NCBI GenBank assembly: GCA_963702475.1
Contig: CAVPCT010000005.1
Span: 224,001-288,000 of the forward strand
DNA length: 64,000 nucleotides
Direction of reading: 5' to 3'
Source: an uncultured Thermoleophilia bacterium
Lineage (GTDB): Bacteria; Actinomycetota; Thermoleophilia; UBA2241
Under the pieces are notes generated by a model. That model searched no databases, was not told where the DNA came from, and saw only the letters and a list, made by a program, of their open reading frames with translations. Position 1 is the stretch's first letter; each line of letters begins with the position of its first letter. Shown here one piece after another: positions 39,303 to 51,645 of the stretch. The position numbers and the translations under genes are program-made.

Positions 39303-40016
39303 TCACCAGCCCGTCGTGTCCAGCTCGGACTGCTTCTCGACGCGCTCCGGCTCTTCCTCGGGCAGGAACACCTTGATGAGGTCCTTCTCCCTGCCGTGCG
39401 GCACGAGGCACAGCACGTAGTCACCGGCGAGGATCATGGTGGAGCCGCGCGCCACCAGAGCCTGTCCGGCGCGCACGATGGCGGCCAGCAGCACGCCCGA
39501 CGGCAGGTCGATGTCCTGCACGTAGGTGTCGGCGAACGGGGAGCTCTCGCTCACCTCCAGCTCGACGAGCTCGAGGCCTTCACCGCGCAGCGAGAGCAGG
39601 TGCACGAACTTGTGCACCGGCAGCTCGTGCATGATGAGCCGCAGCATGGCGGTGGTGGCGCACACGGTGTTCTTGATGCCGAGAAGGTCGAACGTCGCCT
39701 GGTTGAACGGGTTGTTGACGCGCGCCACGATCTTTGGCACCCCGAACTTGAGCGTGGCGATCTGCGAGATGACGATGTTGTCCTCGTCGTCGCCCGTGAC
39801 GGCCACGATCATGTCGGCGCGGCCGATGCCGGCCTTCTCGAGCACCCACACCTCGGTGCCGTCACCGAACACGAGGCACTCCTCACCGAGCTCCTCCGCC
39901 ACGAGGTCGTACCGGGTCTTGCGCTGCTCGACGAGGACGATCTCGTGCCCCAACTGCAGCAGCTGCCGGGCGGTGTTCAGACCGACCTTGCCCGCGCCCA
40001 CGATGAGTACGAACAC
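39303..40016 (-). CDS. trkA: TrkA family protein (RCK-N and RCK-C)
   Basis: GAGKVG, TGDDEDN. Confidence 0.9.
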   Translation of the reverse strand: MFVLIVGAGKVGLNTARQLLQLGHEIVLVEQRKTRYDLVAEELGEECLVFGDGTEVWVLEKAGIGRADMIVAVTGDDEDNIVISQIATLKFGVPKIVARVNNPFNQATFDLLGIKNTVCATTAMLRLIMHELPVHKFVHLLSLRGEGLELVELEVSESSPFADTYVQDIDLPSGVLLAAIVRAGQALVARGSTMILAGDYVLCLVPHGREKDLIKVFLPEEEPERVEKQSELDTTGW

Positions 40017-40019
40017 CGC

Positions 40020-40442
40020 TCAGCCCTCCGCGACCGGCAGCTGACAGGAGCGCACGGCGTCGAGCAGCGACACGCGCACATCCCGGGTAGGACACACCGT
40101 GCGGATGCCCGCCTGCGCGAAGAGCTCGGCGCGCAGCGGGTCGTACACGCGCGCGACCACGCACTTCACGCCGTAGCGTTTCTGCGCGATCTGCGACACC
40201 ACGATGTTGGTGTTGTCGCCGTCGGTGCAGGCGACGAAGGCAAAGGCCTGCTTGATACGGGCCTTGCGCAACACGTCCCAGTCCAGCGCGCGTCCGACGA
40301 TGAACTCGCCGGGGAACTCGTCGCCCAGCAGATGGAACGAGTCCGGACTCTCGTCGATGATCACGACGTCGAAGCCTTGCGAGACAAGGTCACGGGCGAG
40401 GCCTGAGCCCACGCGCCCGCAGCCTGCGATCACGACATGCAT
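40020..40442 (-). CDS. TrkA-N only protein
   Basis: GCGRVG, DGDNTN, VARVYDP. Confidence 0.88.
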   Translation of the reverse strand: MHVVIAGCGRVGSGLARDLVSQGFDVVIIDESPDSFHLLGDEFPGEFIVGRALDWDVLRKARIKQAFAFVACTDGDNTNIVVSQIAQKRYGVKCVVARVYDPLRAELFAQAGIRTVCPTRDVRVSLLDAVRSCQLPVAEG

Positions 40443-40452
40443 CTTTCACCCC

Positions 40453-42600
40453 TCAGTTGGTGCCGTTGCTGCCGCCGGTGATGGAGGATCCCCCAGTAGG
40501 ATATTCCTTCGGGACGAGGTTCAGGAGGACCTCGCAGGGTGCGTTGTCGATGACGTAGTCAGTGGTGCGCCCGAAGACGAGGTCGCCCACGCGGCGTTTG
40601 CGCTGCGTACCGAGGATGATGACCTCCGAACGCCCGCGTTCCGCCTCCTCGACGATGGCCCTGCCCGCGGACCGCGCGGTGACGACGTGCGGCGTGAACC
40701 TCACCCCGAACTGCTGTGCGATGGTGCCGGCGGCCTTGAGCACCCGCTCGGCGTTGCGCCGCTCAATGACGAGGCGCGCGTCGAGCGGCAGGTTCAGCGG
40801 CACCTCGATCACGTACAGGCCGTCGATGGACGCGTTCTTCTCGGTCGCCAGCTGGCAGGCGAGCACCATCATCTCGTCCGAGATGCGTGAGCCCACGATG
40901 GGCACGAGGATCTGGTCGTAGTCGACGTCGGCCTGCATGGACGGCGGCACCACGACCTTGTCCACCGTCTTCGTGAGCGAGTACCCCTTGACCTTGCGGT
41001 AGACGACGTACATGAGCAGGCCTGCGCCCATCCAGACGAAGCCCACCGTGCGGCCGAACGGGTGCGTGGCCACCACGACGCACCAGACCGTGAAGGTACC
41101 GAGGCCGCCGATCACGGCGAGGACGGGAACCGACATCCTGCCGACGCGGATGTTGATGGGCGTGCGGAACGGCCGCGGGAAGTCCGGCTCCTTGTGGCGC
41201 AGCCAGATCACGGAGACGTGCGCCACCGTGAACGAGATCATGGCCCCGAACGCGTACAGGTCGGCGAGGAGGCTGATGGTGTTGCCGGGCAACAGGAGCA
41301 GCACGCAGGCGACACCGCCGAACACCATGATCGCGATGTACGGCGTGAGCCGCCGCGCGTGCACGCGGCCGAGTTGCGGCGGTATCTGCCGATGCTGCCC
41401 GAGCGAGTAGGCGAGGCGCGACACGCCGATGAGGCCGGCATTGGTGGCGATGAGCAGGATGGTCGCCGCCAGGATGCCGACCCAGGGCATGAGGATGGTC
41501 TTGAGCCAGCCGAGGTCTGCCGGCAGGAAGCGGACGATGCCGACCACCGGGTCTTCCTTGTACACGCTGCCGAGGATGGTGCCGTACAGCTTCGCGTACT
41601 GCTCGCCATCCTTGATGAACGTCTCTTCGCCCGGGACCTGCGCGGGGATGACCCACTTCTCCCCGATCAGCTCCGCGGGGACGTAGACGTCGCTGCCCAC
41701 GTTGCCGGGCGGCGGTGTTCCCTCGAACACGAACGGCCCATTGGGCTCGTCCTCGCTCTTGGGCACGACCTGGACCGGCACGGTCTTGCCGGTCGCGGGA
41801 TCGACGGCGAGCACGTTGGGCTTGACCGGCATCGCCGAGAGAGCCGTCAGGGAGATGCCGAGATACACGATCAGCACGGCGAGCAGGACGAAGTTGACGG
41901 CTCGCGGCACGTCCCGATCGGGGTTGGCCGCCTCCTCCGACATGTTGGAGATGGTCTCGATGCCGGTGTACGCGATCGTCCCGATCGAAAGGCCGTAGAT
42001 GAGGTGCGACCAGGTGGGCGCCACCCCCAGATGCACCTGGTCGATGAGCAGCTTGGGCTCGAGCAGCAGCACCACGCCGACGACCATCAGCAGGATCTGC
42101 GTGCCGAGGTCGAGGAGCGCCAGGACGATGTTGAGGCGCGCCGCCTCCTTGATGCCGATCACGTTGACCGCCACCAGCACCAGGATGGTGACGATGCCAC
42201 CGATGGAGTTGTACGGCGACGTCTTGAGGACGGGCCAGAACACGGAGAGGTAGTTGGGCACGAAGTAGGCGCTGATGGCCACCGTGACGATGTAGTCGAG
42301 CATCAGCGCCCAGCCGGCGCCGAAGCTGACGAACTCGTTGAAGGCGCGGCGCCCGAAGCTGGACGACCCGCCCGCCTCCGGCACCATGGCCGTGGCCTCC
42401 GCGTAGGACCAGGCCGTGGTGCAGAACAGCAGGCCAGTCAGAAGGAAGACGAGCGGGGTGACGCCCAGGGCCCACAGGGCGACGAGACCGAGGGCGTAGT
42501 AGATCGAGGAGCCGACGTTGCCGTAGGCGGTGCTGAAGAGCGCCGGGACGCCGAGGACTTTCTGAAGGCTGTCGCCCTCCCTGTACTTTCTGCGCGGCAC
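40453..42600 (-). CDS. APC family permease fused to C-terminal USP domain
   Basis: GNVGSSIYY, YTGIE, TM array; FGRTTDYV...APCEV USP motif. Confidence 0.88.
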   Translation of the reverse strand: MPRRKYREGDSLQKVLGVPALFSTAYGNVGSSIYYALGLVALWALGVTPLVFLLTGLLFCTTAWSYAEATAMVPEAGGSSSFGRRAFNEFVSFGAGWALMLDYIVTVAISAYFVPNYLSVFWPVLKTSPYNSIGGIVTILVLVAVNVIGIKEAARLNIVLALLDLGTQILLMVVGVVLLLEPKLLIDQVHLGVAPTWSHLIYGLSIGTIAYTGIETISNMSEEAANPDRDVPRAVNFVLLAVLIVYLGISLTALSAMPVKPNVLAVDPATGKTVPVQVVPKSEDEPNGPFVFEGTPPPGNVGSDVYVPAELIGEKWVIPAQVPGEETFIKDGEQYAKLYGTILGSVYKEDPVVGIVRFLPADLGWLKTILMPWVGILAATILLIATNAGLIGVSRLAYSLGQHRQIPPQLGRVHARRLTPYIAIMVFGGVACVLLLLPGNTISLLADLYAFGAMISFTVAHVSVIWLRHKEPDFPRPFRTPINIRVGRMSVPVLAVIGGLGTFTVWCVVVATHPFGRTVGFVWMGAGLLMYVVYRKVKGYSLTKTVDKVVVPPSMQADVDYDQILVPIVGSRISDEMMVLACQLATEKNASIDGLYVIEVPLNLPLDARLVIERRNAERVLKAAGTIAQQFGVRFTPHVVTARSAGRAIVEEAERGRSEVIILGTQRKRRVGDLVFGRTTDYVIDNAPCEVLLNLVPKEYPTGGSSITGGSNGTN

Positions 42601-42615
42601 CTCAGCCCCCGGGGG

Positions 42616-42777
42616 TCAGCGCATGTACTTCCAGCGAAGGACGGCGAAGACGGTGAGCAGCACCCCGGCGAGGAGCTGGATGGAGAGGGGCCACACGCCA
42701 CCCCACGCGCCCCTCACGATGAGGAGCACGCCGAGCACGGCCATGACGACGGTGATGACTCTTCTGGCTGTCCACAT
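42616..42777 (-). CDS. Small two-TM membrane protein
   Basis: 53-aa hydrophobic ORF directly upstream of the permease. Confidence 0.55.
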   Translation of the reverse strand: MWTARRVITVVMAVLGVLLIVRGAWGGVWPLSIQLLAGVLLTVFAVLRWKYMR

Positions 42778-42914
42778 GTCCCTTGTCCCGCAACAAGGCC
42801 GGTCCGGGTCCGGACCGGCCTTCATCGCACAGTAGCACCGCGTGACGGCAGGCACAAGACGGCCGCAGCCAGGTCCCGCGCGAGCCTGAGTGATTCTTCG
42901 GACTCCCCCAAAAG

Positions 42915-42961
42915 GACGAGGCGCGGCGGGTGGCCGCAAGGGCCTCCCGCCGCGCCTCGTC
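42915..42961 (-). terminator. Terminator of hppA
   Basis: 16-bp stem GACGAGGCGCGGCGGG / CCCGCCGCGCCTCGTC followed by CTTTT on - strand. Confidence 0.7.
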
Positions 42962-42989
42962 ACGACCGCCCGAAGGCGGCAACTGCCCT

Positions 42990-45146
<2,157 letters not shown>

Positions 45147-45290
45147 CCTCCAGCTCCTTTCTCGGCTCCATTAGGAGGCGTCCGGGATCGTGCCCGGCTC
45201 ACGCCCCTCCCCCTCGACGTGCCCGGGCCACGGGGCCGGGTGCGTCGTTCTCATCGAGAGGCCGCGCCGCCACGAGCGGCGCGTCTCGTG

Positions 45291-46160
45291 TTACCGCAGG
45301 TACCTGCCGATGAGCAGGTCGAGCTTCTCCTTGGTCGCGGCCGGGATGAGGTCGGCCGGGGTGTTGATCGCGAACTCGACGGCGTGCCGGCACGAGCAGT
45401 CGCGGTCCTCGTCGAGGGAGGTGACCGTGTGGCGCACGATGGCCTGCGCCGTCTCCACGTTACGGCGCACGTTCTCGAGCACCTGCTCGAGCGTGACGTC
45501 CTCCTCGCTCTCGTACCAGACGTCGTAGTCGGTGACCATGGCCATGGTGGCGTAGCATAGCTCGGCCTCGCGCGCGAGCTTGGCCTCCTGCAGGTTGGTC
45601 ATGCCGATGATGTCGAAGCCGAGCTGCCTGTACACGCGGCTCTCCGCACGCGTGGAGAACTGCGGGCCCTCGATGCACACGTAGGTGCCGCCCTCGTGCA
45701 CCGCGGCGCCGACCGCCCGGCCGTGTTCCACGAGCAGCCGGGAGACGTGGGGGCAGAACGGGTCGGCGAAGCCCATGTGGACAACGACACCGTCGCCGAA
45801 GAAGGTACTGGGGCGCGCCTTGGTGCGGTCGAAGAGCTGGTCCGGGACGACGACGTCGAGCGGTTTGAGCTCCTCACGCAGGCTGCCGACGGCGCTGGCG
45901 GACAGCACGGAGTGCACCCCCAGCGCCTTCATGCCCCAGATATTGGCGCGGTAGTTGACCTCGCCGGGGAGGATGCGGTGGCCGCGCGCGTGACGCGGCA
46001 GGAACGCGACCGGGACCCCGTCGATCTCGCCCAGGAAGTACGAGTCGCTGGGAGCGCCGAACGGGGTGTCGAGCGTGACCTCGCGGGCGTTGTCGAGCAG
46101 CTCGTAGAACCCGGAGCCGCCGATGACACCGACCTTGGCAGAATCGTTGACAGCCGTCAC
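45291..46160 (-). CDS. mtnP: 5'-methylthioadenosine phosphorylase
   Basis: GVIGGSG, EGPQFSTRAES, GMT, VTDYD. Confidence 0.92.
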   Translation of the reverse strand: MTAVNDSAKVGVIGGSGFYELLDNAREVTLDTPFGAPSDSYFLGEIDGVPVAFLPRHARGHRILPGEVNYRANIWGMKALGVHSVLSASAVGSLREELKPLDVVVPDQLFDRTKARPSTFFGDGVVVHMGFADPFCPHVSRLLVEHGRAVGAAVHEGGTYVCIEGPQFSTRAESRVYRQLGFDIIGMTNLQEAKLAREAELCYATMAMVTDYDVWYESEEDVTLEQVLENVRRNVETAQAIVRHTVTSLDEDRDCSCRHAVEFAINTPADLIPAATKEKLDLLIGRYLR

Positions 46161-46416
46161 TTGTCCCTCCTCTGGAGCGGTCGCCGGGCGCAGTATACAG
46201 GGCCGGGGCCGGGGCAAAAAGGCAGCTGCCATACCATCCGCTATGCGGACGTGGTAACCGCATGCCGAAACGGATAGGCTCTGGAGAGTTCGTGGACAGG
46301 TGGTCCAACCGCTCGCTCGGGACGAGGTGATACTGTCTTGTCGCGAACGCACTCACGGCGTGCGGCAGGCCGCACACCCGCGCGCGTACGGCGTTGTACG
46401 ACTGAAGGAGCCAGAG

Positions 46417-47115
46417 GTGCCGAAGAACAAGGTCATCCCCATCGAGGAGGCCATGTCGCACATCGAAAGCGGCATGAGCGTCGCCGTCGGCGGGTTCATC
46501 GGACAGGGGGACCCACTCACGATCATCGATGCCATGAAGTCGCTCGACGTCAGAGACCTCACGCTCTACGCGAACGACGCCGGGTACCGTGAGCGCGGCA
46601 TCCTCGAACTGGCGCAGCTCGGCAAGGTCCGCAGGATCGTCGCCAGCCACGTGGGCACCACTCCCTGGGTGGGCAAAGCCATGAACGAGGGCCGCCTGGA
46701 GGTGGAGCCGACGCCGCAGGGCACCCTCGCGGAGATGATGCGGTGCGGTGGCGCCGGGCTCGGCGGCTTCCTCACGCCCACCGGCGTCGGCACCGTGGCC
46801 GAAGAAGGCAAGACCGTCATCGAGCTCGGCGGGCGTAAGTACATCCTGGTCCCCTCCCTGCGCTGCGACGTGGCCATCATCCGCGCCCACGCCGGCGACA
46901 CCTGGGGCAACCTCATCTACAGGGGCACGTCGCGCAACTTCAACGTGCCGGCCGCCATGTGCGCCGACTACGTCATCGCCGAGGTCGAGAACCTCTACAC
47001 GCTCGGCGAGCTCGACCCCAACGCCATCCACACCTCGGGCATCTTCGTCGACGCCGTGGTGCGCGCCGACATCGACTACTGCGTGATCCGGGAGGAGGTC
47101 TTCAATGCCCACTGA
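46417..47115 (+). CDS. CoA-transferase subunit A
   Basis: VGGF, PQGTLAE, GGAGLGGFLTPTGVGT. Confidence 0.92.
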   Translation: MPKNKVIPIEEAMSHIESGMSVAVGGFIGQGDPLTIIDAMKSLDVRDLTLYANDAGYRERGILELAQLGKVRRIVASHVGTTPWVGKAMNEGRLEVEPTPQGTLAEMMRCGGAGLGGFLTPTGVGTVAEEGKTVIELGGRKYILVPSLRCDVAIIRAHAGDTWGNLIYRGTSRNFNVPAAMCADYVIAEVENLYTLGELDPNAIHTSGIFVDAVVRADIDYCVIREEVFNAH

Positions 47116-47773
47116 CGCGAAGACGGTCATCGCCTCCCGCGCGGGCCAGGAGCTCAGTGACGGGGAGATCATCAACCTCGGCATCGGCCTGCCGACGCTG
47201 ATCGCCAACTACGTTCCCGAGGGCGTGGACGTCGTCATCCAGACCGAGAACGGCGCCATCGGCGTCGGGCCGGCGCCGGACCCCGGCTGCGAGGACCGCG
47301 ACCGCGCCAACGCCGGCAACCAGCCCATCACCCTCATCCCGGGGGGCAGCTACTTCGACTCCGCCACATCGTTCGCCATGATCCGCGGCGGCCATGTGGA
47401 CGCCACCTTCCTCGGCACCCTGCAGGTGGACGAGCTCGGCAACATCGCCAACTGGATCGTGCCCGGCAAGATGCTGGCCGGCATGGGCGGCGCCATGGAC
47501 CTCGTGACCGGCGCGAAGACCGTGTACATCGTCAGCGAGCACTGCTCCAAAGATGGAGCGTCAAAGCTCATGAAGCGCTGCACGTTCCCGCTCACCGGCG
47601 CGGAGGAGGCCGACGTCATCATCACGGAGCGTGCCCTCTTCCGCAGGTACCAGGGCCGCGGGTGGGTACTGGAGGAGGTCGCTACCGGGTACACCCTCGA
47701 CGACATCGCCGCCTGCACCGACTTCGCCTACACCGTGGCCCACGACGTCAAGCTCGACGCCTACGGCGCCTGA
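47105..47773 (+). CDS. CoA-transferase subunit B
   Basis: NLGIGLP, TENG catalytic Glu, GMGGAMDL. Confidence 0.92.
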   Translation: MPTDAKTVIASRAGQELSDGEIINLGIGLPTLIANYVPEGVDVVIQTENGAIGVGPAPDPGCEDRDRANAGNQPITLIPGGSYFDSATSFAMIRGGHVDATFLGTLQVDELGNIANWIVPGKMLAGMGGAMDLVTGAKTVYIVSEHCSKDGASKLMKRCTFPLTGAEEADVIITERALFRRYQGRGWVLEEVATGYTLDDIAACTDFAYTVAHDVKLDAYGA

Positions 47774-47867
47774 GCGGCGGAGGAGGGCTCGTCGAGGGGT
47801 GCGCCACAAGGGCGCCCCTTCACTGACAGGCGCGCGTCCATCGTCACGAGCGGAGGGGAGCCGGGTC

Positions 47868-48077
47868 ATGCCAGACCTGAAGAAGAAGTTCAGCCGCAGC
47901 GACTGGAAGGACTGCTGCGGCAAGGGCTGCAAGAAGTGCGAGATCGCCCAGACCTACATCGGCGTGTACGGCAAGGCCAAGGGCCTCGAGAAGCTCAACG
48001 AGGACCGCGCCGACATACGTGCCAAGAAGAGCCACAAGCTCAAGGGCCACAAGAAGAAGGGCGGCAAGAAGGCCTGA
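47868..48077 (+). CDS. Small basic Cys-cluster protein, 69 aa
   Basis: GGAGG RBS; CCGKGCKKC; Lys-rich tail. Confidence 0.7.
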   Translation: MPDLKKKFSRSDWKDCCGKGCKKCEIAQTYIGVYGKAKGLEKLNEDRADIRAKKSHKLKGHKKKGGKKA

Positions 48078-48123
48078 GGCGCGACGCCCCGGTCCGGTCT
48101 CCACGCCGCCACGCCCGTCGCCC

Positions 48124-49713
48124 GTGGACCCGCAGCAGTCGCCGCGACCGGCCGAGCCGGCGGCGGACGACGTCCTCGCCTGCTTCGACATCGGCACCAA
48201 CTCCGTACGCCTGCTCGTCGTGCGCGTGGACGAAGGCGGGACTTGGAGCACGCTGACGGCGCAGAAGGAGCCCGTGCGGCTCGGCGAAGGCGAGTTCGGC
48301 GGGCGGAGCGCCCTCACGCTGGAGGCCATGGACCGCGGCGTGCTCGTGTGCCGCACGTTCGCCGATCTTGCCCGCTCCCACGGCGCCATGCGGTCCGTGG
48401 CCGTGGCCACGTCAGCGACCCGCGAGGCGACCAACCAGGCGGCCTTCGTGCGGCGCCTCCGCGACGAGGCGGGCCTGGACGTGCACGTCGTCTCGGGCAA
48501 GGAGGAGGCCCGCCTCATCTTCCTGGGCCTCCTCAGCCGCGTGCACGTCGGCGCGCAGAGGGCCCTCGTGATCGACATCGGCGGCGGCAGCACCGAGGTC
48601 GCCGCGGGCGACGCCACCGGGCCCGGCTACGTCGAGTCGCTGCGGCTGGGGGCCATACGCCTCACGGCCGAGTTTCCCGACCTGCCGGAAGGCGGGCGCG
48701 TGCCCGGCAAGGTGTACGAGCAGATGCGGCACCGCGTACAGACCGAGGCGGACCGTGCGCGCCGCGCGCTCGAGGGTGTGACGATCGACGCGGCGTACGG
48801 CACCTCCGGCACCATCCGCAACCTCGCCAGCGTCGTCGTGCGTACCCAGCGCAACGGCACGCCGCAGCGCGAGGACACCATCACGCGCGCCGAGCTTGCC
48901 AGGGTCGCCAAGCTGGTGCGCGGGCTGGACCTCGAGGAGCGGCGCAAGGTCCCCGGCCTCAATCCGGCGCGCGCCGACATCGTCGTGGCCGGCGCGGCCA
49001 TCCTGGACGCCGTCATGGAGGACCTCGGCCTCGAGGAGATCCGCGCCGTGGACGAGTGCGGCCTACGCGAGGGTCTCGTCGTCGACCACCTGGCGCGCGA
49101 GCGAGGCCTCGTCCACCCTGGCGATACGACCGTGCGCGAGCGGAGCGTGCTGCAGCTCGCGCACGCCTGCCGCTTCGACGAGCCCCACGCTCGTCAGGTG
49201 CAGGCGCTCGCCCTGGCCCTCTTCGACTCGGCGGCCGCGGCCGGCCTGCACACCTGTTCGCCGGCCGAACGCGAGCTGTTCGCCCACGCGGCCCTGCTGC
49301 ACGACATCGGCGCCTTCCTGAGCTACGCCGATCACCACCTCCACAGCCACTACCTCATCCGCCACGCCGACCTCCTGGGGTTCGACGAACGGGAGATCGC
49401 CATCATGGCGGCCACGGCGCTCTTTCACCGCAAGGCCCGGCCCGGCGCCGACCACGTGGCGCTCGCCGGGCTGGACCGCGCGACGCGTGCGCGCGTGCGC
49501 CTGATGAGCGCCCTGCTGCGGCTGGCGGAGTATCTCGACCGCGGCCACGCCGGCGCCGTCCGTCGCGCCACCCTCAACGCCGACGGACCCAAGGGCCTGG
49601 TGCTCGAGGTGGAGCCGGTCTCCGGCTGGCACCTCGAGCGCTGGCGCCTGGAAGAGCGCCGCGAGACGCTCGAGAAGGCCTTCCGGCGGTCGCTCCGCGT
49701 GCTCGAGGTCTGA
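48124..49713 (+). CDS. ppx: Ppx/GppA phosphatase with HD domain
   Basis: DIGTNS, ATSATREA, DIGGGSTE, LLHDIG; start uncertain. Confidence 0.9.
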   Translation: MDPQQSPRPAEPAADDVLACFDIGTNSVRLLVVRVDEGGTWSTLTAQKEPVRLGEGEFGGRSALTLEAMDRGVLVCRTFADLARSHGAMRSVAVATSATREATNQAAFVRRLRDEAGLDVHVVSGKEEARLIFLGLLSRVHVGAQRALVIDIGGGSTEVAAGDATGPGYVESLRLGAIRLTAEFPDLPEGGRVPGKVYEQMRHRVQTEADRARRALEGVTIDAAYGTSGTIRNLASVVVRTQRNGTPQREDTITRAELARVAKLVRGLDLEERRKVPGLNPARADIVVAGAAILDAVMEDLGLEEIRAVDECGLREGLVVDHLARERGLVHPGDTTVRERSVLQLAHACRFDEPHARQVQALALALFDSAAAAGLHTCSPAERELFAHAALLHDIGAFLSYADHHLHSHYLIRHADLLGFDEREIAIMAATALFHRKARPGADHVALAGLDRATRARVRLMSALLRLAEYLDRGHAGAVRRATLNADGPKGLVLEVEPVSGWHLERWRLEERRETLEKAFRRSLRVLEV

Positions 49714-49734
49714 GCGACCCGGACCTGGCGGCCG

Positions 49735-51645
49735 TCAGATGTCGGCGATCACGGTGGCCAGCTCGCGACTGAAGTCGGGGCCGGCCACGGTGGGCCACAC
49801 GTCCGGGAACGTGGCCACGAGGTGCTCCATCTCCTCCTGGCGCACGGCCATGTACCGCGCCTCACCGGGGGCGACGATGATCTCGATGGGCCCCGGCAGC
49901 GAGTGGCCGCTGTGGCGCCACGTTCCCCACGTGAGGTAGTCGCGCAGGATGCCGCAGGTGACCACGGCGTCCTGGAGGTCGCCGAGGTGGTCCTGCAGGT
50001 TCTTGACCTTCTTGATGAGCGGCCGGGCGCCGGGGCCGAGCACGTCCTCGAAGAACTCGAGCGTGTAGCGCAGGCCCTTGCAGCCCTTGCGCAGGGCGTG
50101 GAACTCGGGGAGGGGTGTTCCCGGCCCGTCGAGGCGGCCCTCGAACGCCCACACCACGCCCATGTCGCGGTACAGCACGCCGGGGAGCACCTGGGCCACA
50201 CGCTGCGGCCGCGGGTCGCCGGACTGCCGCGCCGCCAGGGTGTGGAGCGGCTGGTCGAGGAGGTCCCGGAGCCGTTCGACGAAGCGCCGGTACCTGTCGC
50301 CGTCGAGATAGGCGACAAGGTGCTCACGTTGCTTGTCACGCTCGGCGCGGCAGGCCGCCAGCAGGCCGTCCAGATCGCTCGACCGCTCCGCCGGCAGGCC
50401 GTCCAGATAGCGCTGCGTCTTCACCTGGAACACGTCGAGGTCGCGCACTGCGCCGAGCACGGCGCCGGTGCGGCGCAGACCCTTGAGGACGGGCCGCAAC
50501 GTCTCGCTGTCCAGATACTCCTGAAACACGCGCAGAGCCATGCGCATGCGCCGGGTGGAGACGCGCATGACGTGCAGCTCCTCGGGATCCTCGCCCAGGC
50601 GCGTGCCCTCCTCGCGCTCGAGCATGCGCTCGAGGTGGAAGGCGAACGTCTTGACGGCCGCCTCGGTCATGGTGTCGGTGGCGAGGATACCGGGCCGCTT
50701 CTTCTTGTCGTCGTCGGCGGGCGGGGGCGGCGACGCCGTCACGACGGCCTTGAGAGCGGCGGCGGGAGCGGCGGCGCGGTAGATCCCCGTACCCTCCGCG
50801 CGGTACCGCGCCGCCCAGTAGCGCACGCGCCGCGTGGACAGCCCGGCGCGCTCCGCGGCCTTCGCCGCGACCAGGCCGTCGTCCAGGGCGAGGAGCGCGG
50901 CGGCGCGGCGGGCGTCGGGCCCGTCCCCCGCCGCGTAGGCCTCGTGCAGCACGCGCTCGCCGGCCGGCAGGAGCCGGCCGGCGACGGAGCGCGCCGCGCC
51001 CATGGAGACGTCCTCGGCCGCGCCGGGGCCCTCGGTCAGCTCCAGCGCGCGCGCGAACTTGGCGCGCGACTCGGGCGCCAGCCCGGGCTCTCCGGCGAGT
51101 GCCGCCGTGAGGCGCTCGAGATCCTCGTCGCGGCCCTCGTCGCGCAACTCGACCTCGACCTCGAACCAACGGCTCTCCCGCTCGCCCACGGTGACGCGGA
51201 CGTCGTCCAGGCTGAGCTCCGCCACCTCGCGGTCGCCGTCGAACACGCGCCGCGCCACACGGTCCTGCTCGAGCGAGAGGAACGGGTCCAGCGACGCGTC
51301 CCCGGCGAGCTCCAGCACGCGCTTCTTGAGCTCCCCGCGCGGCCACTCGGTCAACGGCACGTCGGCCGCGACCATGGCCTCGAGCTCCTCGCGGCGCAGC
51401 ACGCCGCCCTCGTCGGTGACGAGCTGTTTGAGCGTGATCTTCACGCCGTCGTCGGTCTCGCGCCGGCGCAGGTAGTACCCGGCCGAGAGCACGCGGCGGT
51501 CGTCCGTGTCGAGGAAGGTGTCGTGGTCGTGACGCGCCTCGCCGGCCTCCAGCTCGTAGCCGGCCAGCGCCGGCGTCATGGCGAGCCGCTCCAGCGTCGC
51601 TTCGTCCGCCACCGTGTACTTGGCCTCGACTTCCACCGCCGTCAC
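49735..51645 (-). CDS. CYTH-HTH-CHAD multidomain protein
   Basis: EVEAK/EVEVE CYTH motifs; LHVMRVSTRR, RDLDV, LQDHLGDLQD CHAD motifs. Confidence 0.88.
   Translation of the reverse strand: MTAVEVEAKYTVADEATLERLAMTPALAGYELEAGEARHDHDTFLDTDDRRVLSAGYYLRRRETDDGVKITLKQLVTDEGGVLRREELEAMVAADVPLTEWPRGELKKRVLELAGDASLDPFLSLEQDRVARRVFDGDREVAELSLDDVRVTVGERESRWFEVEVELRDEGRDEDLERLTAALAGEPGLAPESRAKFARALELTEGPGAAEDVSMGAARSVAGRLLPAGERVLHEAYAAGDGPDARRAAALLALDDGLVAAKAAERAGLSTRRVRYWAARYRAEGTGIYRAAAPAAALKAVVTASPPPPADDDKKKRPGILATDTMTEAAVKTFAFHLERMLEREEGTRLGEDPEELHVMRVSTRRMRMALRVFQEYLDSETLRPVLKGLRRTGAVLGAVRDLDVFQVKTQRYLDGLPAERSSDLDGLLAACRAERDKQREHLVAYLDGDRYRRFVERLRDLLDQPLHTLAARQSGDPRPQRVAQVLPGVLYRDMGVVWAFEGRLDGPGTPLPEFHALRKGCKGLRYTLEFFEDVLGPGARPLIKKVKNLQDHLGDLQDAVVTCGILRDYLTWGTWRHSGHSLPGPIEIIVAPGEARYMAVRQEEMEHLVATFPDVWPTVAGPDFSRELATVIADI

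Noticed and set aside
42780-42915. c-di-AMP riboswitch upstream of the K+ transport genes
   Set aside because: Only a TTTTGGGG fragment; other conserved elements absent and the main hairpin is the hppA terminator
46291-46360. TGGAC/GTCCA palindrome and weak Rex-like box before the CoA-transferase
   Set aside because: Too short or degenerate to distinguish from chance
50790-50915. Active IS element inside the CHAD gene
   Set aside because: Only an in-frame HTH; no catalytic domain, inverted repeats or target duplication
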